DNA of 37,634 bases from Candidatus Tectimicrobiota bacterium (lineage in GTDB: Bacteria > JACPUC01), in contig JACPUC010000023.1 in NCBI GenBank assembly GCA_016192455.1, positions 1-37,634 on the forward strand, in the 5' to 3' direction. This document shows positions 27,754 to 36,538 of the stretch, one piece after another (position 1 is the first letter of the stretch; each line of letters starts with the position of its first letter). The position numbers and the translations under genes are program-made. Below the pieces are notes generated by a model that searched no databases, was not told the origin of the DNA, and saw nothing but the letters and a program-made list of their open reading frames with translations.

Positions 27754-29631
27754 ATGGCGGATGGGGTGATCCTGCAGATGGCGGCGGAACGCGGCGGGCA
27801 ACAGCAGGCCGCGCCGATTGTCGGCATCGACCTCGGCACGACGAACAGCCTCGTCGCCGTGATGCGCGGCGGCAAGACGGAGGTGCTCGCCGACCCCCAC
27901 AGCGGCCCGCTGGTCCCCTCGGTCATCAGCTACAGCCCCGCCGGCTGGGTGGTCGGCCTGGCCGCCAAGAACCAGCGCGTCATGAACGCCACGAACACCG
28001 TCTACTCCGTCAAGCGCTTCATGGGGCGCGGCCTCGAGGACCTGCGCGAGGAGCTGCGCTACCTGCCGTTCGCCGTCGCGGAGGAGCCGGGAAACGTCGT
28101 GCGCATCAAGCTGGGGGAGCGTTCCTACACGCCGCCCGAGCTCTCCGCCATGGTGCTGCGCGAGCTGAAGCGGCGGGCCGAACGCCTGCTGGGGCTGAAC
28201 GTGGCGCGCGCCGTCATCACCGTGCCGGCCTACTTCAACGACGCCCAGCGCCAGGCCACGAAAGATGCCGGGCGCCTCGCCGGCCTCGAAGTGATGCGCA
28301 TCGTCAATGAGCCGACCGCGGCGGCCCTGGCCTACGGGCTGCACGAGCGCAAGGAGGGGACCATCGCCGTCTACGACCTGGGCGGCGGCACCTTCGACAT
28401 CTCCATCCTGAAGCTCAAGGATGGCATCTTCGAGGTGCTCGCCACCAACGGCGACACCCACCTCGGCGGCGACGACATCGACCAGGAGCTTACCAAGTAC
28501 CTCCTCGACGAAATCCGCACCATCTGCCACGCCGACCTGCGCCATGATCCCGAGCGTTTGCAGCAGATCAGGATTCTCGCCGAAGCCGCCAAGTGCGAGC
28601 TGTCGTCGCGGGATGTGGCCCACATCCACTACGAGCTGCCCGAGCAACGCATCCGCTACGACATCGAGCTGACGCGCCGGGACTTTGAGCACCGCATCCG
28701 GCACATCGTCGAGCGCACCCTCGGCCCCTGCCGGCAGGCCCTCGCCGATGCCGGCCTGACGCCGGCGGCGATCGACGAGGTGGTGCTCGTCGGCGGCTCC
28801 ACGCGCATCCCCATGGTGCGGCGGCTGGTGCAGGACCTCTTCCAGCGAGTGCCCCATACCGAGCTGAACCCCGAGGAGGTGGTCGCCCTCGGCGCCGCCG
28901 TGCAGGCCAGCATCCTCGAGGGGGGCGTTTCGGACATGCTGCTCCTCGACGTCACCCCCCTCTCCCTCGGCATGGAGACCTTCGGCGGGGCGATGGAGAA
29001 GCTCATCCAGCGCAACACCACCATCCCGACGAGCGTCACGGAGATGTTCACCACCTTCGTCGATGGGCAGACCTCGGTGGACATCCACATCCTGCAGGGC
29101 GAGCGCGAGCTGGCCGGCGACAACCGCAGCCTGGGGCGGTTCTCGCTGAAAGGCATCGGCGCCATGCCGGCCGGCATGCCGCGCGTCGCCGTCACCTTCA
29201 CCATCGACGCCAACGGCATCCTCAGCGTGCGCGCCAAGGATCAAATCAGCGGCAAGGAGCAGGGGATCGAGATCAAACCCTCCTACGGGCTCACCGAGGA
29301 AGAGGTGGAGCGCATGCTGCTCGAGTCCATCGAGTTCGCCGAGGAGGACGTGACGGCGCGCCTGCTCGTCAGCGTGCGCAACGAGGCGGAGACCGTGCTG
29401 CGGGCGACGGAGAAGGCGCTCGTCGAGGGGGCCGAGCTCATCGAGGCGGAGGAGCGCGCCGCCATCGAGGGCGCCGCGGCGGCCCTGCGCCAGGCCCTCG
29501 AAGCGTCGCAGCCGGCCCTCATTCGCCAGCGCACCCAGGAGCTGAACACCGCCACCTACCACCTCGCCGCGCTGCTCATGGATCGCGCCGTGCAGACGGC
29601 GCTGAAGGACAAGTCCATCGACAGTATCTAA
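27754..29631 (+). CDS. hscA: Fe-S assembly Hsp70 chaperone
   Basis: GIDLGTTNS, TVPAYFNDAQRQATKDAG, YDLGGGTFDISIL, LLLDVTPLSLG, 'EIKPSYGLT'; located within the isc operon. Start 27754 or 27778. Confidence 0.9.
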   Translation: MADGVILQMAAERGGQQQAAPIVGIDLGTTNSLVAVMRGGKTEVLADPHSGPLVPSVISYSPAGWVVGLAAKNQRVMNATNTVYSVKRFMGRGLEDLREELRYLPFAVAEEPGNVVRIKLGERSYTPPELSAMVLRELKRRAERLLGLNVARAVITVPAYFNDAQRQATKDAGRLAGLEVMRIVNEPTAAALAYGLHERKEGTIAVYDLGGGTFDISILKLKDGIFEVLATNGDTHLGGDDIDQELTKYLLDEIRTICHADLRHDPERLQQIRILAEAAKCELSSRDVAHIHYELPEQRIRYDIELTRRDFEHRIRHIVERTLGPCRQALADAGLTPAAIDEVVLVGGSTRIPMVRRLVQDLFQRVPHTELNPEEVVALGAAVQASILEGGVSDMLLLDVTPLSLGMETFGGAMEKLIQRNTTIPTSVTEMFTTFVDGQTSVDIHILQGERELAGDNRSLGRFSLKGIGAMPAGMPRVAVTFTIDANGILSVRAKDQISGKEQGIEIKPSYGLTEEEVERMLLESIEFAEEDVTARLLVSVRNEAETVLRATEKALVEGAELIEAEERAAIEGAAAALRQALEASQPALIRQRTQELNTATYHLAALLMDRAVQTALKDKSIDSI

Positions 29632-29640
29632 AGGTGCATC

Positions 29641-29852
29641 GCAGGGGCGGGGCTTGCCCCGCCCGAAGAACTCGGCCCCATGCCCGCGAACTGTAGGGGC
29701 GGTTCGCGAACCGCCCCCACGATGCGGGGTGCGGGAAGGGGCGCGGCTCCCTCGCGGACCTGGATGCCGGGCGGGGCAAGCCCCGCCCCTACGATCAGCT
29801 CCTGCGAGGTGCGCGAGGCGCGTGGGATTAATGATTCCCCTCCTCGCAGAAA
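29641..29852. repeat. REPIN/BIME-like nested palindromes between hscA and iscX
   Basis: Inverted pair GCAGGGGCGGGGCTTGCCCCGCCC (29641..29664) / GGGCGGGGCAAGCCCCGCCCCTAC (29769..29792) encloses GTAGGGGCGGTTCGCGAACCGCCCCCAC (29693..29720) and a GGGGTGCG...TCCCTCGC module. Confidence 0.8.
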
Positions 29853-29897
29853 AGGTGACGTAGATTTTAGCTGGCGTGGCGCGGCGGAGGAGTTGTC

Positions 29898-30110
29898 GTG
29901 GGGCTCACCTGGCAGGACGCGGAAGAGATCGGCATCCAGCTCTTCGAGAAGTTCCCGCAGACGGACCCCCTCGGCGTGCGCTTCACCGACCTGCACCGCT
30001 GGGTCACCGAGCTGGATGAGTTCGAGGATGACGCCAAGAAATCAAACGAGAAAATCCTCGAGGCCATTCAAATGGCCTGGCTCGAGGAGTACCGCGACGC
30101 GCGGGGGTAG
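29898..30110 (+). CDS. iscX: Fe-S assembly protein IscX (YfhJ)
   Basis: GTG start after GGAGGAG; LTWQDAEEIGIQL, DPLGVRFTDLHRWV, SNEKILEAIQMAWLEE. Confidence 0.95.
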   Translation: MGLTWQDAEEIGIQLFEKFPQTDPLGVRFTDLHRWVTELDEFEDDAKKSNEKILEAIQMAWLEEYRDARG

Positions 30111-30760
30111 GATAGCGTGAAAGAACCACAGATAGACACCGATGAACACTGATAATCCCTCTCCCCCTGGGAGAGGGCGGGGTGAGGGGCCGAAAGCTAT
30201 CCGTGTCTATCCGTGTTCATCCGTGGTTCGTTTTGCGGATCATTTGGCCTGGCTCGAGGAGTACCACGACGCGCGGGGGTAGGGTAGCGTGAAAGAACCA
30301 CGGATAGACACCGATGAACACTGATAATCCCTCTCCCCCTGGGAGAGGGCGGGGTGAGGGGCCGAAAGCTATCCGTGTCTATCCGTGTTCATCCGTGGTT
30401 CGTTCTCAGGATCATTTGGCCTGGCTCGAGGAGTACCGGGACGCGCGGGGGTAGGGTAGCGTGAAGGAACCACGGATAGACACTGATGAACACCGATGAT
30501 CCCTCTCCCCCCGGGAGAGGGCGGGGTGAGGGGCCGAAAGCTATCTGTGTCTATCTGTGTTCATCCGTGGTTCATTCTGCGGATCATTTGGCCTGGCTCG
30601 AGGAGTACCGGGACGCGCGGGGGTAGGGTAGCGTGAAAGAACCACGGATAGACACTGATGAACACTGATAATCCCTCTCCCCCTGGGAGAGGGCGGGGTG
30701 AGGGGCCGAAAGCTATCCGTGTGTATCCGTGTCCATCCGTGGTTCATTCTCAGGATCACT
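30073..30760 (+). repeat. Tandem array of four 172-bp units, each = iscX 3' end + nested palindromic element
   Basis: Units start at 30073, 30245, 30417 and 30589 (TGGCCTGGCTCGAGGAGTACC...); a few substitutions between units and no spacers. Confidence 0.95.
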
Positions 30761-30802
30761 GCTCCCCTCGCGGCAAACCCGGCGGCGGCGCTGGAGGTTA
30801 TG

Positions 30803-31216
30803 ATGAGCGGCACGAATCCGTACATTGATCAAGTGGACCTTGAGCTTCCCAAGAAGCCGTACAAGATCACTTACATCGTCGAAGGCGTGCGCACCGACGT
30901 CGAGGTGAACCCGGAGGAGATTCCCTACAGCAGCACCGGCCTGCCCGGCAGCCTGCTGAACACCGCCCTGGGGCACGGCCTCGACGTCGATCACGCCTGC
31001 GGCGGCGTCTGCGCCTGCTCCACCTGCCACGTCATCGTCAAGCAAGGCCTCGAGTCCTGCAACGACTCCACCGACGACGAAGAAGACCAGCTCGACGAAG
31101 CCCCCGCCCTCACCATTCACTCCCGCCTCGGCTGCCAGTGCGTCCCCAACGGCAGCATGGACCTCGTCGTCGAAGTCCCCAACTGGAACCGCAATGCGAC
31201 GAAGGAGGGGCATTGA
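30803..31216 (+). CDS. fdx: ISC-type [2Fe-2S] ferredoxin
   Basis: DHACGGVCACSTCHV ... SRLGCQ; GGAGG RBS 5 nt before ATG 30803. Confidence 0.93.
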   Translation: MSGTNPYIDQVDLELPKKPYKITYIVEGVRTDVEVNPEEIPYSSTGLPGSLLNTALGHGLDVDHACGGVCACSTCHVIVKQGLESCNDSTDDEEDQLDEAPALTIHSRLGCQCVPNGSMDLVVEVPNWNRNATKEGH

Positions 31217-31251
31217 GCAGTTTTGCCACTGGTCTGGATCACTAAGGGAAC

Positions 31252-31278
31252 GCGGCGAGGGGCGTGCCGCTCTTTTTT
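31252..31278 (+). terminator. Possible intrinsic terminator of the isc operon
   Basis: GCGGC...GCCGC stem followed by TCTTTTTT; the stem is short. Confidence 0.4.
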
Positions 31279-31454
31279 GGCGGACGGGATTACCCCTTTC
31301 ACGTATTCGCAGGTTCATCTGTTCCCAGCCGTGGCGAAGTGATTGCTTCTCTTGCATGTGATACAAAAAGCCGTACCTTCGGCAACAGGAAATTTCGTCA
31401 CGCCGCGCCTGGGCAGAATGCACGACGCGCCTTTTATGTGAATGGATCAAACGT

Positions 31455-33188
31455 CTATGATTGACCTGGGAAAAGAATCTCCCTCCAAGACTCAGCGAGG
31501 CTTCTAGATATATTATCTAACCTCTCATTCGTAGGAATCTCAACTTGATTATAATTCTGAGCCAAGTAATCATTAAATCCAGATATTCTATTTCTTCCGA
31601 TATATTCGAGATAATCCATAATTTCTTGAAACAATGATCGACCGGAAAGATGCAAAGACTCCAACACCTCTACATCCTCAACTGTAAGGAGAACAAGCTC
31701 TGATACCACAATTTCTTGCGGACAACCAACCATTTCATAATGTTCCCAGAATTTCCTATCTAGGTAACAGCGAACAAGCCCAAGACCAAGACACTCATCA
31801 AAGGTAACAATTATCGGAATAATTCTTTTGATTCCTCCTAGATCGATGCCTTTCCCGCTAAGTAATTCTCTCCCGTCCTCGCTGCCAACGTATTTTATTG
31901 CGTTAACTAATTGACGAACAGCTTTTGCCTTTCCGCGTTCGTTCTGAACATACTTTCTATCCAAGTCAGAACGTAGCTTCTCAACGGAGTAACTATACTT
32001 AGCATCCGCATTAAGCGGGGAAGTCTTAAACTCAAATAGAAACAAAGTTGAGTTTACGCATACTAAGTAATCGCACACTTCCTCGCCATTAGTTTTTTTG
32101 ATCCTTCCGCACGTTATCGTCTGACCACCTTGGTCCCTAAAAAGTTGATTGAAGCGCGACTCCATATAATTGTCAAAGGCTAAGCCAAATGCTTCATGCA
32201 AAAGGTCTTTTTCTTCATTTCCTAGGGAATCATGATATTCCCAAAACAATCCCACATATAATTTGTCGACAAGAAAGTCAATATCAAGGCATGTAAAGAC
32301 ATCGGACCCGACACTTAATAGTGGCCTGCCTCGAAAGCTATTGAAATCCATATAGAAATACTGTGTGTCTTGTTTTAACAGTTGGCGCCGCATAGAGCTT
32401 ATGTCAGTTATCAGTAATGAGATGCAAGAATTAATAGTAGCTTGATCAATGGCACAGTTTCGGAAAATGTTACTAAGATTTCCTACGCAAGGGATATCTA
32501 TTCTTGGATAATAAAGGTGCTCTGTTAGCACGCCGTAAATTGCAAATACCATAGCTTGCCACTTATCTAGACTAAAATTATAGCATTTCTTAAACCATTC
32601 CGCTATGTCAAAGCAGATATTTGTTCTTGTAATACGTATATTGGGTATTTCCTTGATGAAAAGATCGTAACTCCTCGAAATTCTTCTCCATAGACAAGGC
32701 TTATGACCAAGCTCATAAGCAGGAAGGATGCGGACTAAGTTAAGAAGGAGCCGATCGTTAGTGTCGGTCTCTTCCACTTGCAACTCGGGTCGAATCGTGT
32801 CATTTAATTTAAGACAGATCTCACCTACCTGCCAATGATCACGCTGAGTCAGATTTATTCTGGTTCCTGGCGTACAATTCATTATAGCTAGTTTTATCAG
32901 ACACAGTAGTTGTTGCTTATGAAAGACTGTTGTCTTGGACGTTGGCAAGTCAGGACGATTCAAGAACTCTTGCAGTCTAGCCATGATGTTCGGAGAGAGA
33001 TAGTGGGAAACAAGCCTACGTCTCATATTCCCATCTTCATCTGTACTTAGCATTACATTGATTTTGGCAAGATCAACTATCAGAGATTCTAGGTTATACT
33101 GAGATAAATGATGGCATAGCTCGTTTAAGCTCTCTGTCCATTGGCTTGAATGGATCGAATTATACGAGATATACATTCCAGGGTTCAT
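31455..33188 (-). CDS. AT-rich hypothetical protein (~577 aa) with a C-terminal PD-(D/E)xK/NERD-like motif
   Basis: Long uninterrupted ORF in AT-rich DNA, ATG after AGGGGAG; motif 'FGLAFDNYM...EVCDYLV...LFLFEFKT'. The ORF is well supported; the function is inference. Confidence 0.7.
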   Translation of the reverse strand: MNPGMYISYNSIHSSQWTESLNELCHHLSQYNLESLIVDLAKINVMLSTDEDGNMRRRLVSHYLSPNIMARLQEFLNRPDLPTSKTTVFHKQQLLCLIKLAIMNCTPGTRINLTQRDHWQVGEICLKLNDTIRPELQVEETDTNDRLLLNLVRILPAYELGHKPCLWRRISRSYDLFIKEIPNIRITRTNICFDIAEWFKKCYNFSLDKWQAMVFAIYGVLTEHLYYPRIDIPCVGNLSNIFRNCAIDQATINSCISLLITDISSMRRQLLKQDTQYFYMDFNSFRGRPLLSVGSDVFTCLDIDFLVDKLYVGLFWEYHDSLGNEEKDLLHEAFGLAFDNYMESRFNQLFRDQGGQTITCGRIKKTNGEEVCDYLVCVNSTLFLFEFKTSPLNADAKYSYSVEKLRSDLDRKYVQNERGKAKAVRQLVNAIKYVGSEDGRELLSGKGIDLGGIKRIIPIIVTFDECLGLGLVRCYLDRKFWEHYEMVGCPQEIVVSELVLLTVEDVEVLESLHLSGRSLFQEIMDYLEYIGRNRISGFNDYLAQNYNQVEIPTNERLDNISRSLAESWREILFPGQS

Positions 33189-33246
33189 GGATTCTCCCCT
33201 CAGCACCATTTGAGTAACCTGGGCGTCTCTTCTCGGCCATCCTTCA

Positions 33247-33957
33247 TCAATCATAACTCTCCGTCCGCATCTCCTTGCGCCCGAATCCCAGCTCCTTGAG
33301 GTGGGCGCGGAGGGGGCGGAGGTAGGCTTTGAGGCCGCAGATCATGGGGAAGTAATCGCGGCGCTGGTTGTAGAGGGAGTCGATGAGGGCGATCTCGCGG
33401 CGGGGGTCGGCGGGGTGGTGCTCGTCGCCGGCGGTGATGACGGGGTGGTAGCGGAACTGCTCCTGGCGGGCGGCGAGGGCTTCGAACTCGTCGTGGTAGA
33501 TGAGGTGCTCCCGGCGGGCGGCGCTGTGGATCAGGGTGGCGGGCGGCAGGGTTCCCTGCCTGGCGAGGTGCGTCAGCATGCAGCGGATCGGCACGATGCC
33601 GGTGAAGCGCGCCAGGAAGAGCAGCTCGCGCGGCGGCGGCTCGGGGAGGCAAAAATTCCCCAGCGGCCCGTCGATCTCCACCGCGTCCCCTTGCCGAAGG
33701 CTGAAGAGGTAGCTCGATCCAAGGCCCTGGGGCACGCGGTCGAACACCAGCACGAGGCGTCCGGAGTCGTCCCGCGGCGCGGCCAGGGAGTAGGCCCGCG
33801 CCAGGGGCGGATGCTCGCCCACCGGCAGGCGCAGGGAAATCCACTGTCCCGGCGCGAAGTCGAGCCGCCGGCTTGCCGGCAAAAGGACGATCTCGCGCAC
33901 CTCCGGCGTCAGCTCGCGCGCGCTCTCGACGGTAGCCTGCTGCGTCGTTCCCGACAT
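33247..33957 (-). CDS. Ferredoxin-NAD(P)+ reductase-like FAD-binding oxidoreductase
   Basis: FAPGQW, RAYS (FAD motif), GLGSSYL, GPLGNF, ARFTGIVP, ICG, C-terminal ESYD. Confidence 0.85.
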   Translation of the reverse strand: MSGTTQQATVESARELTPEVREIVLLPASRRLDFAPGQWISLRLPVGEHPPLARAYSLAAPRDDSGRLVLVFDRVPQGLGSSYLFSLRQGDAVEIDGPLGNFCLPEPPPRELLFLARFTGIVPIRCMLTHLARQGTLPPATLIHSAARREHLIYHDEFEALAARQEQFRYHPVITAGDEHHPADPRREIALIDSLYNQRRDYFPMICGLKAYLRPLRAHLKELGFGRKEMRTESYD

Positions 33958-33979
33958 CTTCGGACGATTCCTTCCGAAA

Positions 33980-34077
33980 TGCGAGGGAACCGTGCCCCCT
34001 CGCGCACCCCGCCTTGCAGGGGCGGTTCGCGAACCGCCCCTACGGAATGGGGGTGTGGGGGAGCGATGGTCCCCCAG
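33980..34077. repeat. Composite repeat: the arms of 7286..7381 (inverted) enclosing a GTAG palindrome
   Basis: GCAGGGGCGGTTCGCGAACCGCCCCTAC at 34016..34043 lies between the two arms. Confidence 0.75.
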
Positions 34078-34107
34078 AAGAAAAATGATCCAATGGAATC
34101 CGGAACG

Positions 34108-35115
34108 CTACCGCGTCGGCGCCAGGGCCTCGATGGTGGCGCAGATGATCTCGAAGGTGGCGCCGTGGGGGAAGAAGACGAGGGGCAGGTCGAGTCCCGT
34201 CTGGGCGTAGACCTCCAGGCTGCGGCGCGCGGCCCGCGGGTCGCCCCACAGCGCCAGCTCGTCGAGCATGGGGTCGGAGATGCGCGCCACGGCGCCCTCG
34301 CGGTCGCGCGCCTCCCAAGCGGCGCGCACCGCCTCGCACTCGGAGCGGAAGGCGCGCTCGTGCACGGCGCGGTAGTGGTACTCCCCCATGCCGCCGAGGT
34401 AGAAGGCCAGCGCCTTCGCCGCCAGCTCGCGGGACATCGCGGCATCGGCGGCGCCGCGCGGTCCCAGGCAGCCGAGGATCATCGAGCCGGTCACCAGGCG
34501 CGTGGTGCGTCCGGCCGCCTGGGCCGTGTCGTGCACCGTGCGCACCGCCTCCGCGATGCTGCCGCGCGGCAGCAGGTAGCCCAGCCAGCCGTCCGCCACC
34601 TCCGCCGCCAGGGCGATGTTCTTCTCCCCCTGGGCCGCCAGGTAGATCGGCAGGCGCTCCTGGACGGGGCGCGTTGCCAGGGTGAAGTGCTTCAGGTTGA
34701 GGCGCGGGCCGCTGTGGCTGACGCGCTCGCCGGCGAGAAACCGCCGTACCACCTGCAGCACCTCGCGCGTCGTCTCCAGGGGCTTGCCGAAAGGGACGCC
34801 GTGCAAGTTCTCGATGACCAGCCGCCCGCTGACCCCCAGGCCGAGGATGAAGCGCCCCCGCGAGAGCTGGTCGAGGCTGCAGGCGCTCATCGCCAGCAGC
34901 GCCGCGCTGCGCGTGTAGACCGGCACAATGGCCGTGCCGAGCTTGATGCGCTCGGTCACCGCCGCCACGTAGGCGAGCTGCGTGAAGGCGTCGCCGGCCC
35001 AAATCTCCGGCAGCCACAGCGAGTGGTAGCCGCAGCGCTCCGCCAGCCGCGCCACCTCGGCGAGCTGCTCGACCGGCAGGGAGGTCTGGCCGGGCAGGGT
35101 GATGCCGAGCTGCAT
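34108..35115 (-). CDS. Luciferase-like (LLM) flavin/F420-dependent oxidoreductase
   Basis: LAERCGYHSLWLPE, AAVTERIKLGTAI, LDQLSRGRFILGLG, PIYLAAQG, AAEVADGW. Confidence 0.92.
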   Translation of the reverse strand: MQLGITLPGQTSLPVEQLAEVARLAERCGYHSLWLPEIWAGDAFTQLAYVAAVTERIKLGTAIVPVYTRSAALLAMSACSLDQLSRGRFILGLGVSGRLVIENLHGVPFGKPLETTREVLQVVRRFLAGERVSHSGPRLNLKHFTLATRPVQERLPIYLAAQGEKNIALAAEVADGWLGYLLPRGSIAEAVRTVHDTAQAAGRTTRLVTGSMILGCLGPRGAADAAMSRELAAKALAFYLGGMGEYHYRAVHERAFRSECEAVRAAWEARDREGAVARISDPMLDELALWGDPRAARRSLEVYAQTGLDLPLVFFPHGATFEIICATIEALAPTR

Positions 35116-35297
35116 GGATGCTCCTTTCGAGGCGCGGCGCGTGGGAGAGGCGAATCTCGGCCGCCGCGTTCAACGGCGAGGGAGGGCGCCCTTCGCCCGC
35201 CGGTAGGTTGCACGGGACGCGCCGCGAGCTGGGCGCCAGGTGGGCGAAAAGGGATGGCGGGCGCGGGCGGGGGCGCGGCGCTGGCGCCTCGGCTTCT

Positions 35298-35573
35298 CTA
35301 GCCCCGGAGGGACTCCTCGTACAGCTCCTTCAGGTAGCCGTAAAGCTCCTCGAGGACGGGCTTGATCTCGCGCGCCTCCGCCGAGCCGCTGCCGGCGTAG
35401 GCCTTGGCGATCTCGATGGCGGTGTCGCGCGCCAGGACGTTGATTTGGCGCCGCCGCGCCGCGTCCTCGCCCGCCGCCCCCTCGCCCTCCTTGGGGGAGA
35501 GGCCGGTGAGGTGGCGCAGCACCTTGGCGGCCAATTCTCGGGCCAGCGCTTCAATCTCCTGGTCGGTTGCCAT
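35298..35573 (-). CDS. Small helical hypothetical protein (91 aa)
   Basis: MATDQEIEALARELAAKVL...ARDTAIEIAKAY...VLEELYGYLKELYEESLRG; host-like codon usage and amphipathic pattern; tail of track ORF 35298..36377. Confidence 0.65.
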   Translation of the reverse strand: MATDQEIEALARELAAKVLRHLTGLSPKEGEGAAGEDAARRRQINVLARDTAIEIAKAYAGSGSAEAREIKPVLEELYGYLKELYEESLRG

Positions 35574-35662
35574 GGCGGAATTCCTCAACGGCGGACGCGG
35601 GGCCGCGGCGGGCTCGGCGGCGCGAGGCCAGGACGACAGGGCCGCGGCGGGGCGCCGAAGGC

Positions 35663-36433
35663 TTAGCGCTGCTTTGCCGTGGCGCCGGCGTGCCAGGCCA
35701 TCAGCCTGCCCTCGGTGAGACGAAAGAGGCGATTCAGCAGGTAGCCGAGGATACAGAGCGCGAAGACGCCGGCATACATCTCGGTGGTCGAGAAGCTGCG
35801 CTGCATGAGGATGGTGTAGTAGCCGATGCCCTTGTCGCTGCCGAGCATCTCCACCGCGATGATGAGAATGATGGAGATCGCCAGGCTGATGCGCAAGCCG
35901 GTCATGATGGAGGGCGAGGCCGCCGGCAGGATGATGCGGCGGATGACCTGCAGCCTGCGGTAGCCGTAGGTGCGGGCCGTCTCGATGAGGAGCGGATCGG
36001 TGCCGCGGGCACCATAGATGGTGTTGACGATCATGAGCTTGGAGCAGGCGAAGAAGATGAGGAAGATTTTCTCCAGGGAGCCGATGCCGAGGAAGAGCAT
36101 TGCCGCGGGCACGATCGCCGTTGTCGGCAGCGGCCGCAAGAACTCGATGATCGGCTCGAAGAGGTTGTAGAGAGGACGCGAGGTCCCCAGGAGGATGCCA
36201 AAGGGCACGGTCACGAGGACCGACAGGAAGTAGCCGGCAAACATATTGATCAGGCTTGCGCCGATGTGGTAGGGGAGGACGCCGCTGAGGAGGAGCCGCG
36301 CGAAAGTGACGAGAATCCTGGAGACGGGCGGGAAGAAGACCTGCTCGACGAGGCCGGAGCGGGCGATTCCCTCCCACGCCGCGAGGAGGGCCAAGATCAG
36401 CATCCAGCCAAGCGGGCGGGTGATATGCTTCAT
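35663..36433 (-). CDS. ABC transporter permease, NitT/TauT family (second permease)
   Basis: FLRPLPTTAIVP, 'DPLLIETARTYGY...IRRIILPAASPSIMTGLRISL', GIGY, EMYA. Confidence 0.92.
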   Translation of the reverse strand: MKHITRPLGWMLILALLAAWEGIARSGLVEQVFFPPVSRILVTFARLLLSGVLPYHIGASLINMFAGYFLSVLVTVPFGILLGTSRPLYNLFEPIIEFLRPLPTTAIVPAAMLFLGIGSLEKIFLIFFACSKLMIVNTIYGARGTDPLLIETARTYGYRRLQVIRRIILPAASPSIMTGLRISLAISIILIIAVEMLGSDKGIGYYTILMQRSFSTTEMYAGVFALCILGYLLNRLFRLTEGRLMAWHAGATAKQR

Positions 36434-36538
36434 CCCAACAAAACCTTTGAAGGGTGCTCTTTGCCGGAGCGGTCTAATTTACTATTCTTGCGGGCTTCCT
36501 CTAGGCTATAGTATTTACCGCATGACATAAATCGACCC

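Noticed and set aside
26905..29562. 885-aa minus-strand ORF
   Set aside because: Antisense shadow of hscA/iscA; long antisense ORFs opposite Hsp70 genes are a known artefact in GC-rich DNA.
30073..30760. 172-bp array as a CRISPR array or DGR template/variable repeats
   Set aside because: Units are contiguous and near-identical with no unique spacers; no cas or reverse transcriptase gene is present; substitutions are not adenine-specific.
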